Below, in pieces: positions 11,907 to 22,158 of a stretch of DNA of 36,524 bases. The position numbers were made by a program, and so were the translations under genes. The DNA lies in contig BLSG01000328.1 of NCBI GenBank assembly GCA_012862495.1, positions 1 to 36,524 of the forward strand, written 5' to 3'. The stretch comes from Thraustochytrium aureum. Taxonomy: Eukaryota. The notes below the pieces were generated by a model. The model saw only the letters and a list, made by a program, of their open reading frames with translations. It did not search any database and had not been told where the DNA came from. The first letter of the stretch is position 1, and the number at the start of each line of letters is the position of its first letter.

Positions 11907-14500
11907 GGGTCTGCTGCGGACGCGCTCGTTCACCGCAAGTCGCGCCAGCAACCTCCAGCAGCCGCTGCCGCGCAGCGGGCGCCCGAGGCGGCGCCCACGC
12001 GCTCTCGCGCAGAGCCAGCTCTGCGTCGAACGCGAGGCGCCTCTGCTTCGCGCGCCAGCAACAGCAACGACGAGGCGCAGGGTTTCCACGAGACGCGAAC
12101 GCGCGCGCGTTCAAGCGACAGCAGCGCCGCTGCGCCCGGAGCCTCCGGCAAGGCCCTGGCTCCCAACAAGAGGGGAAGTGTCGCCCGTGGCAGTGACGCC
12201 CCCGTTAGGGCAGCGCCCCGCGGCCAAAGCGCCAAGCCTGAGACTAAGGCGTCCGATGCGCCCGCCGAGGCAGCGCCGCGCCGCGCGAGCAAGCGCGGTC
12301 TGCCCACCGACGGGGTCATCCTCGACAGCAAGCGCAAGCGCGTACGAAAGACACACGAAGAGTTTGTCGACTTTTGGGACGGCAAGCTCGCAGTCCAGCC
12401 CGTGGACGAGGCCTCGACCCGCGCGCGCAGGAACAGCGCCAAAGGCGGCAAAAGCGCGCCGCGTCGGGGCTCGACGAAGAGCCAGCGCGGCTCGACGGCC
12501 GACGGCACTGGCGCGGACAAAGTGTCGCCCGCTAGCTCGTTGAGCCGGTCCAGCCCTGTCAGTTGCGACGGGTTCGCTTTGGCCCCGCCAGCGCACGACC
12601 CAGAGTCTGCAGCGGATCGCGCCGCAACTCGCGCACGTGCCGTTGAAGCGGCTCCGGCAGCTTTGAAATTCAGCGAGTCCGACGACCTCGACGCGGCAGC
12701 GGTGGACCTCTTTGCCGACTTTATCGACACAGTGGCGAATGCGAATCCAGGAGCCGCGGCTGCCAGTGATGAAGCCGAGCCTGGGCGGGCCGGGGGTGGC
12801 CCCAGGGGCGTTGGTGATGGCAGCGCATCGTGTAGTGGCGACAGCGACGCGTCCACCGGCATGGTTGCGCCAGCACTTGCCCCTGTTGGCCTGGATGGCG
12901 AGCCGCTCGGCGACGAGGAGGACGTCGCACTTGCAGCGCTCACCTCGCTCTCGCATTGCATCGCGCGCCAAAAAACGGCGCCAAGCAAGGCCGGCATCAT
13001 CGGCAAGCGGCGCAATGTGGCGAGCCGGCGCGGGGCCAAGTTGAAGCGGTCGATGGCGGGCAGTAAGGGCAAGAGCGCCAGGGCCGAAGGCGAGTCGCCC
13101 TCGAGCAAACGTCGGCGCTACTCTTCGACGCTGTACAGGTTTTCGCGCCGCGAGTTGGCTCTTGCCCTCTTTGCATTCTTGTCGACTGGCGACGCCAACG
13201 GTCCGCGCGCCGATCCCGGGCGGCTGCACCGGGTAGTGGAGAGCGTGTGCGCGGCGGAAGGTTGGCGCCTTCCTGCGGTCGGCGAGCAGATCGCCATCGA
13301 CTTTACTTGCGTGAGCAAGGAGACGCTCATTCGGGTCTGTGAAGAGCTCGGCGTCAACCTGAGCAAGGGTCGCCGCCCCACGTTCATGGGAGGGAACGAG
13401 CCTCCCCGCCAAAGCGGAGCAAGGGAGCACGCAGCAAGGGGAGCAAGTCGGGAAGCAACTCGGAGAGCAAGGACCGTGGCGCCAGCGACAGCGACCCAGA
13501 TGAGGCCAAGGACGACTCCGGCTGCGCTGTCCCGAGCAAACGCGGCCAGGGCGCCGGTGGCTCGCCCGACGGCCCCGAGCCGGCTGCGGTGGCCGACGAG
13601 GAGGACCTGGAGCACGTGTACTGCGTGTGCGGTGATGAGTCTACGCACGAGGTGATGATGGCCTGCAACGGTGGCGAGAAGGGGCGGTGCCGCGGGTGGG
13701 TCCACCCAGAGTGCGTTGGGCTTGACCTGAGCGCGATGAGCGACGCCGAGTCGGCCGCTTACCGCTGCCCCCTGTGCGTTCACGAGAGCGAGGGGCGGCA
13801 CATCGACCTCATCGTCACCGCCGAGGGCGACCAGGCCGACAAACGCGCGTCTGGTTGCTCGTTTTGCAGGAGCCCGACGGATGCCGACCCGCTCCTCGGC
13901 GAACTGATTGGCCCGTTTCTCGACTCGAACAAGGAGCCGCACTGGTGCCACACGCTCTGCGCGGCGAGCGCGGACCGTGTCGGCGTGACGGACGACGGGC
14001 TCTGGTTCAACATATCGTTGGCCATCGAGAAGGCACAGCGAAAGAAGTGTCGTGTCTGCAAGCTGTCCGGAGCCGCAGTCCGCTCGCAACGCAAGGGCGC
14101 TGTCACTCCAAACTACGCGCATCTCAAGTGCGTCTTCCAGCAGGGCAAGAACAAGATGGTGCGCCAAGTTGAGCGGCAGCTGCTTCGCATGACTCCCCTC
14201 GACGAACTGGACGAGTCAGAGCGCACGGAGGAGGCCCTCGAAGCGCGGAGTGACAGTCAGATCCACTCTGTGCTTGCCATGAAGACGACGCTCGTGTACC
14301 GCCCTGCGGGGACGGGTTCAAGTGCAAGGTCTCGCGCCAACTCGAGGCGCGTAGTGCTGGACTACGAGCACGATGACGACGACAAGGAGGAGGAGGAGGA
14401 GGAGGAGCAGGAGGAAGACGACGACGAGGACGACGACGACGACGAGGAGGAGGAGGAGGAGGGCCGCGGCGGCGGCGGAGCACGCGGTGGTGGCCAGTGA
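11907..14500 (+). CDS. Chromatin-associated protein with PHD finger, extended PHD (ePHD)-like module and acidic tail; indel near 13403
   Basis: A low-complexity basic N-terminal part joins, after a 1-nt shift in a C-run, the frame encoding the PHD (YCVC...MMAC...CRGWVHPECVG...YRCPLC) and an ePHD-like region (CSFC...WCHTLCA...CRVCKLSGA...HLKC). Poly-D/E tail. The start probably lies in or before the gap 11833-11905. Confidence 0.75.
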
Positions 14501-14672
14501 GACCTGGCAAGCCGCCTCGTTGCAGCTACCCTTCTTATTGAAGCGCGCAGGGGCGGGGCGCAAGGAACTATTGGAGCAGAAACACAAGCAAAGATCGAAA
14601 CACAAAGTACCAAATGAAGCAGCTCCACAATATCCCCCTCGCTCGCGCGCGTCCGCGAGATCGATAGACGCT

Positions 14673-15806
14673 CTACGCTGCGACGCCTTCCGCCACGGGC
14701 CGCTCGGTGCCGGGCCCTTGCGCTTTGCTCTCCCAGGTCGCCTCGGGGTACCACTCGAGCATGAGCTGCGAGAAATGCACGCCGCTCGGCTTGCCACCAG
14801 ATCTCTTGTTGGATGCCAAAAACGGGCTCTGGCGGCTCATTCGGCGCCGCACAATGGGGGCCGCGAGCTTCGCAAAAGGCCGAACAAAGCGCATGCGATG
14901 GCGTATCTCGGCCAGGAAATCTTGCCAGGAAAAACGCTGAAACTCGAGTATCTGCTGGCTCTCTGCCGTGTCCATCCAGTCCTCAAAGTACCAGGACTCG
15001 TCAACCTCGTCGTCGGGGAGGCGCGCCATGGCTTCGGGGAGGCGCCCAATTCCAGCGACTTGGCCCACGCCGGTAAGAAAGTCGAACGCGCGGAGCTTCC
15101 ATGACTCGTCCCCGCCAATCATCAGGACCTTGCCAACGGCAGCCGGCCGCGAGCAAGCGTTTGAGACGGCGAGGCCCACGTCGCGCGTGTCGCAGCCGTG
15201 GCGGCGCTGCCGGGCAGGGTGCGCGCAAGCGAAGCTGAGGACTTCCTTTGGGGCGCTGCGCTGCTCGAGGTCCATGATCGCGCCGAAACGAAGGATGACC
15301 CACTCGCCCGGATACTCGCGCACCAACTTTTCGCACCTGACTTTGTGGGCGCCGTACATGTCAGATGGGTTGAGCGGCGTGTCGGCAGTCATCAGTGGCA
15401 GCTCCTTGGACCCGTTGCGCGGTCCGTGCACCGAGTACGAGCTGGAAAACACAAACCGCGGCGGGCTGGCGAGCTGCGCTGCGGCGTCCAAGAGTGCCTT
15501 GGTCGCGCCAACGTTGACAGCCTCTGCGAGCGCAGGGACCTTGTACGCGCCGGGGGGGATTATGGCTGCCAGGTGCGCGATCGCTTCCGGGGCGTGCTTG
15601 GCGACCAGCGAGGCGGCGTCCTTGCGTAGGTCGCACCATTCGACGGTGAACGCGCCCTTGCCGAGTTTCTTGTGAAGGCTGGCGAGCCTCGTCCTGCTCG
15701 CCTTGTTGTCCAGGTCGGCGCAGATCACTTCGTGCCCGGCCTTGCACATCTCCACCAGCGAGCTCGAGCCGACGTTCCCGAGCCCGCCTGTCAGAAGCAC
15801 CTTCAT
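14673..15806 (-). CDS. Extended short-chain dehydrogenase/reductase (NAD-dependent epimerase/dehydratase, 3-beta-HSD-like)
   Basis: ATG 15806. Rossmann motif VLLTGGLGNVGS, HLAA, FVFSSS and catalytic YGAHK (YxxxK). Confidence 0.88.
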   Translation of the reverse strand: MKVLLTGGLGNVGSSSLVEMCKAGHEVICADLDNKASRTRLASLHKKLGKGAFTVEWCDLRKDAASLVAKHAPEAIAHLAAIIPPGAYKVPALAEAVNVGATKALLDAAAQLASPPRFVFSSSYSVHGPRNGSKELPLMTADTPLNPSDMYGAHKVRCEKLVREYPGEWVILRFGAIMDLEQRSAPKEVLSFACAHPARQRRHGCDTRDVGLAVSNACSRPAAVGKVLMIGGDESWKLRAFDFLTGVGQVAGIGRLPEAMARLPDDEVDESWYFEDWMDTAESQQILEFQRFSWQDFLAEIRHRMRFVRPFAKLAAPIVRRRMSRQSPFLASNKRSGGKPSGVHFSQLMLEWYPEATWESKAQGPGTERPVAEGVAA

Positions 15807-16578
15807 TATCGTGTCAAGGCTTTCGCGCCCGTCGCGCCTTTTTGCACCTGCAGCGCCTGCCCGGCGTCGCTGTGCTGCCCGCTCGCGGTTCTGGCCAAGC
15901 CCTAGGCCGCTCGAGCGCAAATGCGATTGGCTCTTGCGCTGCCTGTCGAGGCGAGTCGGTAAGTACCTGGCTGCCTGGACCGATTTCGCATCTGCTGGAG
16001 TGGTGCGCTGGCACCACCATCGCGGGGTCGTCATGGCGCACCTTGTGGCAAACATCTTCCCCAAAGTGCACACCTCGCCCGGTCCGAATGGCGAAGCAAG
16101 CAGCTTCTTGGGCCCTGCACACCGATCGGCCCAAGACCGCCAGGACCGCTGGTGCGACTGGGAGCCGTGCATCTCGGCAGCCTTTCAATCAAGAGATGAA
16201 CGAGATAGATTGCGCGCATTAGATCGGACAACGCCGACGCGGACAACGTCGAGCGTGGCTCTATCTCGTCATTCAGGACAGTCACGTTGGCGCAGTCACG
16301 TCGGCGCCGTGGCGTGATGAGCATGTTCACCAGAGCATCGTGCATCTTGAAAGCAAGCAGCACGAAGCCGCGCGAAGAATGCTCCCAACGTGAGCTCGAT
16401 GTTGGCCCGCCGCCGACGCGCAGCTCGTCAGTCCGACTACTCGAGAACGCGGCACGGCACAGTCAGGTGACCTCAGCGGGCGACGAAGCAACGAACAGGT
16501 CGTTCGCGCCAATCGCTGGCACTGCAACGAGTGCTGCGAATTTGTTTCACGTCCGCGTCAATCCGAAACGGTGCCACC

Positions 16579-16579
16579 G

Positions 16580-16611
<32 letters not shown>
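16579..16611. repeat. (GTT)11 microsatellite
   Basis: Direct reading. Lies upstream of the TIR-NACHT-WD40 gene. Confidence 0.95.
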
Positions 16612-16746
16612 CAATCAAATCAAGTTGGCAGTCGACGAAGCGCTGGCAGACACCCAACCCAACGAACGGACCCAAGGCGAGGCCGATCGCTTGAACGCCA
16701 GGACAGGCTGGCATTGAAGTGCTGCGGTGTACCTTGGAGCGCAGAG

Positions 16747-19700
16747 ATGGTGGGGCAACAGGATGGCGGGCGTGCCACAACCACGGTGGCACTTCTGTAC
16801 GAGGACGCCTCTGTTGTTTTCGGACGGACTGCAGACGAGCTCGCGGAGGAGGCTGCGGCGTGGATGGAGCGCAACAAGGGTTGGAGCGTGCGCTACAACC
16901 GCAAATGCCGGCCGGCCGGGGAGGTTGTGGAGGACATGTTGGAGGCCATAGACGAAGCTGATGTCGTCATTGTGCTCCTCACGGACGGATGCGAGCGCGC
17001 AGTCAGGTGTGGCAATCAAGACGGCAGATACAGACGCGAAGTCGGCTACGCAGCCAAACAAAAGGCTGGCTGGATCGTTCCATTGGTTGCATCAGATGCG
17101 TTGAGGAAGACTGGGCTTCTCCGCAGCACCTTGGCTGAGGAGCTCTGCCAAGTGCTGCGCTCGACGTCCTTCAATGCATCCATGTTGGGGCTTGCTGCCA
17201 TTGTCGAGAGCAAGGCCATGTCCAGAGCAGAGAGGTTGCCTGCGGCCCGGACCGAGGTCGACAAGGTCGAGCGAGCCGAGGTATTTGGCCTGCCGGCTGG
17301 TTTCAACGCGCTACAACAGGCTCAGCTCAAGGCCGCCGAGTACGAAGAAGGCACTCGCGTTGCGGCCATCAAAGACGCCCAAACGTGGTACAGGGGCGGG
17401 TCGCTGACGCCCGCGCAGCGCCGCGTCATGGTGTTTCTCGGCCCCGCTGACTTTGGAAAGTCGGTACTTTTGGCCAAACTCTGCCTTGACGGCGGCCTTC
17501 TCGACGAGCGCGAGCAGGGCAAGCTCGCCGCGAAGCGGGCAAAGCAGTTGGACGCTGGCAGGAGCAAAGCGCTGCTCATCGGCGCGGCGCACTTTTTCAA
17601 GTTTGGGGACGCGAGCGCGGCCAGAGTGCGAACCTGCCTCTTCTCGGTTGCCAACCAGCTCGCCGCCCTTGCCCGGGGTCGAGCAATGAGCTGCGCCAGC
17701 TTGACCGTGCCGGNNNNNNNNNNNNNNNNNNNNNNNNNNNNNNNNNNNNNNNNNNNNNNNNNNNNNNNNNNNNNNNNNNNNNNNNNNNNNNNNNNNNNNN
17801 NNNNNNNNNNNNNNNNNNNNNNNNNNNNNNNNNNNNNNNNNNNNNNNNNNNNNNNNNNNNNNNNNNNNNNNNNNNNNNNNNNNNNNNNNNNNNNNNNNNN
17901 NNNNNNNNNNNNNNNNNNNNNNNNNNNNNNNNNNNNNNNNNNNNNNNNNNNNNNNNNNNNNNNNNNNNNNNNNNNNNNNNNNNNNNNNNNNNNNNNNNNN
18001 NNNNNNNNNNNNNNNNNNNNNNNNNNNNNNNNNNNNNNNNNNNNNNNNNNNNNNNNNNNNNNNNNNNNNNNNNNNNNNNNNNNNNNNNNNNNNNNNNNNN
18101 NNNNNNNNNNNNNNNNNNNNNNNNNNNNNNNNNNNNNNNNNNNNNNNNNNNNNNNNNNNNNNNNNNNNNNNNNNNNNNNNNNNNNNNNNNNNNNNNNNNN
18201 NNNNNNNNNNNNNNNNNNNNNNNNNNNNNNNNNNNNNNNNNNNNNNNNNNNNNNNNNNNNNNNNNNNNNNNNNNNNNNNNNNNNNNNNNNNNNTTGAGAA
18301 AAGCCTGCACGCCGTGAGTCGCGACTGGCGCGAGTTGCCAAGCCAGCTCCTCGGTCGCCTCCCTGAGGGCCACCCCCTCGTCGAGCAAGCGCGCTCCTTT
18401 CGCCACGCGGACTTTAGCTGGCTGCGGCCTGTTTGCACAACACTTTCTCCTGCAAGCGACCCCGTGCGCAAGATAAATACTGGGCAGGCAGGCCGGGTGG
18501 CCGCCCTGGCCGTTTCTCGCGACGGACAGCGTATTGTGTCGTGCGGTGGCGCTTTGGGAAGCCACGACGACAAAGCCATCCGCGTCTGGGACAGCCATAC
18601 AAGTCGGGAGCTCTACCGACTCGAAGGCCACGTCTCGCACGTTCACGCCCTGGCCCTCTCGCACGACGGCCAGTGGATCGTCTCTGGCAGCTGGGACAAG
18701 ACCGTCCGAGTCTGGGACGCTAGCGCTGGGCGAGAAATACGCCGCCTTGAAGGGCACGCCTCCAACATCACCGCGGTGGCCCTCTCGCACGATGGCGAGC
18801 GAGTCGCTTCTGGGAGCACCAGCGCGACGGTCCGCGTCTGGGACGTCAACACCGGCCAAGAACTCTGTCGTCTCGACGGGCACAACGATACTGTGAGCGC
18901 GGTGGACATTTCCTTGGACGGTCAGCGCGTCGTGTCTGGCAGCTTGGACAAGACCGTCCGGGTCTGGAACGCAAACACGGGGGTTGAGCTAGGCCGTCTC
19001 GAGGGGCACGCGTCCGCAATTTTTGCGGTCGCGCTGTCGCTGGACGGCCGGCGAATCGTGTCTGGTAGTAGGGACAACACTGTTCGGGTCTGGGATGCGA
19101 ACAACAGCCGTGAGCTGCTCTGCCTCAACGGGCACACCGGTTGGGTTCACGCCGTAGCTCTCTTCCCCGACGGCCGGCGAATCGTGTCCGGCAGCGGCGA
19201 TATGACTCTGAGGGTCTGGGACGCATCCACTGGGCAGGAGCTACGCTGCCTCGAAGGGCACACGGGTTCGGTAAACGCCGTGGTTCTTTCAGGAGACGGC
19301 CGCTGGATCGTGTCGGGGAGCTCCGACGGCACCGTGCGAGTTTGGGGTGCAAGTGCCGAGCAGGGGGCCCGTCGCCTCGGCGGGCACGCGTTGCATGTCT
19401 ACACGATGGCCCTTTCTCGCGACCATCAGCGCGTCGTGTCTGGCAGCGCTGACAGGACCGTGCGCCTTTGGGACACAAAAACCGGCAGGGAGCTGCGCCG
19501 CCTCGACGGGCACGCCAGCGCGGTTAACGACGTGGCGTTTTCGCCTGACGGCAAGAGCATTGTCTCGCGGGGGTCTTGGGGCCGCGTTTTGGCCTGGTCT
19601 CTGGTGACGGGCGAACTGGTGCAGGACGAAGGCGCATTTAGGTCGTTGGCGGAGCGTGCGATGGACTGGCCGGCGCTAACGAACGAGGAAACGACGGTAT

Positions 19701-19939
19701 CGGTCATCGGCGAAGGCGGTCGCGAATCGGTTGGCTTTACATGCGATTCGACCATTGAGTCAAGTGTCGTGGCTCCGGGCGGGTCGTTCGTCTATCTCTT
19801 CGACGGCTCGCACCATCTGTGTGTGCTTGAGCTGGTGCGGCGGAAATCGTCCGCAGCGTCGCGTCGCGAGCGAGACGGAGGAGCAGGTGTCGAGCGGGGC
19901 TCGAGAGCCGAAGAAGTATCCAACGCGCTAGCGCCGTAG
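16747..19939 (+). CDS. NLR-like STAND protein: TIR-like domain, NACHT-like NTPase and WD40 repeats (gap 17714-18293)
   Basis: TIR-like MLEAIDEADVVIVLLT...RREVGYA...IVPLV. NACHT-like EGTR...W...VMVFLGPADFGKS...GAAHFF. Nine WD40 repeats of about 42 aa follow the gap. Joining across the gap is inferred from strand and domain order. Confidence 0.72.
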
Positions 19940-21042
19940 GTAGAGAGAAATCCGGCGGCGAAGGGGAAATGAAGCCCAGGCTTCAGCCTGTCCTCGCCCC
20001 AACACCCCTGCATCCATCCGCCTCCACGTTGTTGCTTCTGGCCGTGCCTTGCTTGACAGCGACGGGACGGCGAGGAATTGTTTCCCGCTCCACGGGGTGC
20101 GGTGGTCGAAGGAAAAGACCAAGCGAGACCAAAAGCCCAAAGCATCCTGGAAGTAGGTAACCATCACATCTTGAAAGTTGACTTGAGGGCCGGTGTGAGT
20201 GAGGCCCGTGTCATCGGCGAGTCTAGGCACTTTCCTTCCTCCCTTCCTCCCTTCCTCCTTTCCTCCCTTCCAAACACTGTTTGCGCACCGGGCCATGTCG
20301 CCGCCTGGGACATTGCGCAAAGCCTCCGCCTCGCGCGACGGAATTGCGCAAAACGTCGCAAAAAAAGCCAGGCACCCGCGCGCGAGCAGGCTCGCACGGA
20401 TGCCGGCCAGCCGCGACCAGCCGGCGGCGGCGGCCGAGCACGAGCCGTCACGCCGACCCGCATTGGCTGGCCCTGTCACCGAGCCGCGCGGCGCCATCGG
20501 CCTCCAGCGGAAGCCGCTCCTGCTGTCGCGCATCGACATGCTCTGCACCACCCTTGCCTCCAAAGCTCCTCGCCACTTCCCGCGCAATCTCCCCACCACA
20601 ACCACACGCCATCCCTAACCCTTCATTACCCGGCATACCCCCCTAAGTTCCCCTCTCGTACCCCCTATGCCCCCCAGTCCCACGCGGGGTCCGCGCAGTC
20701 CCGTGCAGCCGCGGCGCTTCCGTTGCGAGNNNNNNNNNNNNNNNNNNNNNNNNNNNNNNNNNNNNNNNNNNNNNNNNNNNNNNNNNNNNNNNNNNNNNNN
20801 NNNNNNNNNNNNNNNNNNNNNNNNNNNNNNNNNNNNNNNNNNNNNNNNNNNNNNNNNNNNNNNNNNNNNNNNNNNNNNNNNNNNNNNNNNNNNNNNNNNN
20901 NNNAATGCGAGTGGGCGTGCATGTGCATTGTGGCCGTCGCGGTCGGAGTTGAGTACGAGTACTTTGCGGATTGTAGCAAGGCGAGGATCGGCTTGGAGCA
21001 ATCGGCGGCGACGGAGGCGGGCTGGCCCGGACGCTGTGGAGG

Positions 21043-22014
21043 ATGGACGAGGAGCGGACGCACACGGGCGGCGCCACGTTTTCGCCGCAGTTGAACCCGC
21101 GGCCGGAGTACCCGCCCATGTCCGCGTTTTTGAAGAAGACCGTGGTGGCGTACACGCGCGCGCCGATGCTGATGGCGATTGCGACCAAGCTGGCGTTTCC
21201 ACAGTATCTCAAGCTGGTGGAGAGGCTCAAGGCCAAGGGGTGGTCGGAAGCCGGGATCTTTATGCTCGCGACGTGCGCGGTGCACTCCGGGCTCTACACG
21301 GTGCTCAACGGCTCGTTCTACCTGCTTGAGAAGTTGGGCCTCTTGGAGCAGTACCGCATGGCGCACAAAAAGTCGCAGGCCCCATCGCCGCAGCTGATGC
21401 GCAAGACCCTGCTCGAGGCTGCCTTGGGCCAGCTGGCCCTCGGGCCGCTTGTGTCGTACTATGGCCACGCGCTGTTTGTCAAGTTTGGCATGCTGCCGAT
21501 GACGGCGCGGCTGCCGAGCCTCTTGGTGCTCTACAAGCACTTTGCCATCGCGCATTTCTTCAACGACTTTTTCTTCTACTGGGCGCACCGCATCGTGCAC
21601 AGCAAGTCGCTCTACAAGGTGATCCACAAGCAGCACCACTCGTTCCTGGGGTCCAAGGGCATGGCCGCAGAGTACGCCAACCCGATCGAGCAGGTCCTCG
21701 CAAACTTTGGGCCCACTGTGGGCGGCGTGCTCCTGTTCGGGCGCCACCCGCTCGTGTTCCTGGTCTGGCTCACCTACAGGCTCGAGGAGACCTACGAGGC
21801 GCACAGCAACTACTTTTTCGGCAACACCTTCCTCGGCAAGCTCGGCCTCACTAACGCAGAGCACTCGGCGTTCCACTCGGCGCACCACTCGATCAACCGC
21901 GGCAACTTTGGCAGCTTTCACATGGACTGGCTCTTTGGAACCATGGACGATTGGGTCGTGCGCGGCGGCGTGGAGGGCTACACCAAGGAGCGCTTGGGCA
22001 AGCACGTACTTTGA
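21043..22014 (+). CDS. Fatty acid hydroxylase superfamily protein, sterol desaturase / C-4 methylsterol oxidase-like
   Basis: Three His boxes (YWAHRIVH, IHKQHH, FHSAHH) plus EYANPIE and GNFG...MDWLFGT. Alternative start at ATG 21118. Confidence 0.88.
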   Translation: MDEERTHTGGATFSPQLNPRPEYPPMSAFLKKTVVAYTRAPMLMAIATKLAFPQYLKLVERLKAKGWSEAGIFMLATCAVHSGLYTVLNGSFYLLEKLGLLEQYRMAHKKSQAPSPQLMRKTLLEAALGQLALGPLVSYYGHALFVKFGMLPMTARLPSLLVLYKHFAIAHFFNDFFFYWAHRIVHSKSLYKVIHKQHHSFLGSKGMAAEYANPIEQVLANFGPTVGGVLLFGRHPLVFLVWLTYRLEETYEAHSNYFFGNTFLGKLGLTNAEHSAFHSAHHSINRGNFGSFHMDWLFGTMDDWVVRGGVEGYTKERLGKHVL

Positions 22015-22158
22015 CCGAGACCAGACTAGCGCTAGCCATGCACTCCTTTGCTTTGATTACGTGTTTGTCTTTTTTTTCTTCTTCTTTCCAACAGGCCCCA
22101 AGGCTGGCCCGGCTGACCGGCGACGATCTCCCGAGCGCTGCGGAGGGCTTGCCGCCCC

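Noticed and set aside
14372..14480. GAG/GAC trinucleotide runs
   Set aside because: Explained by the acidic tail of the PHD protein.
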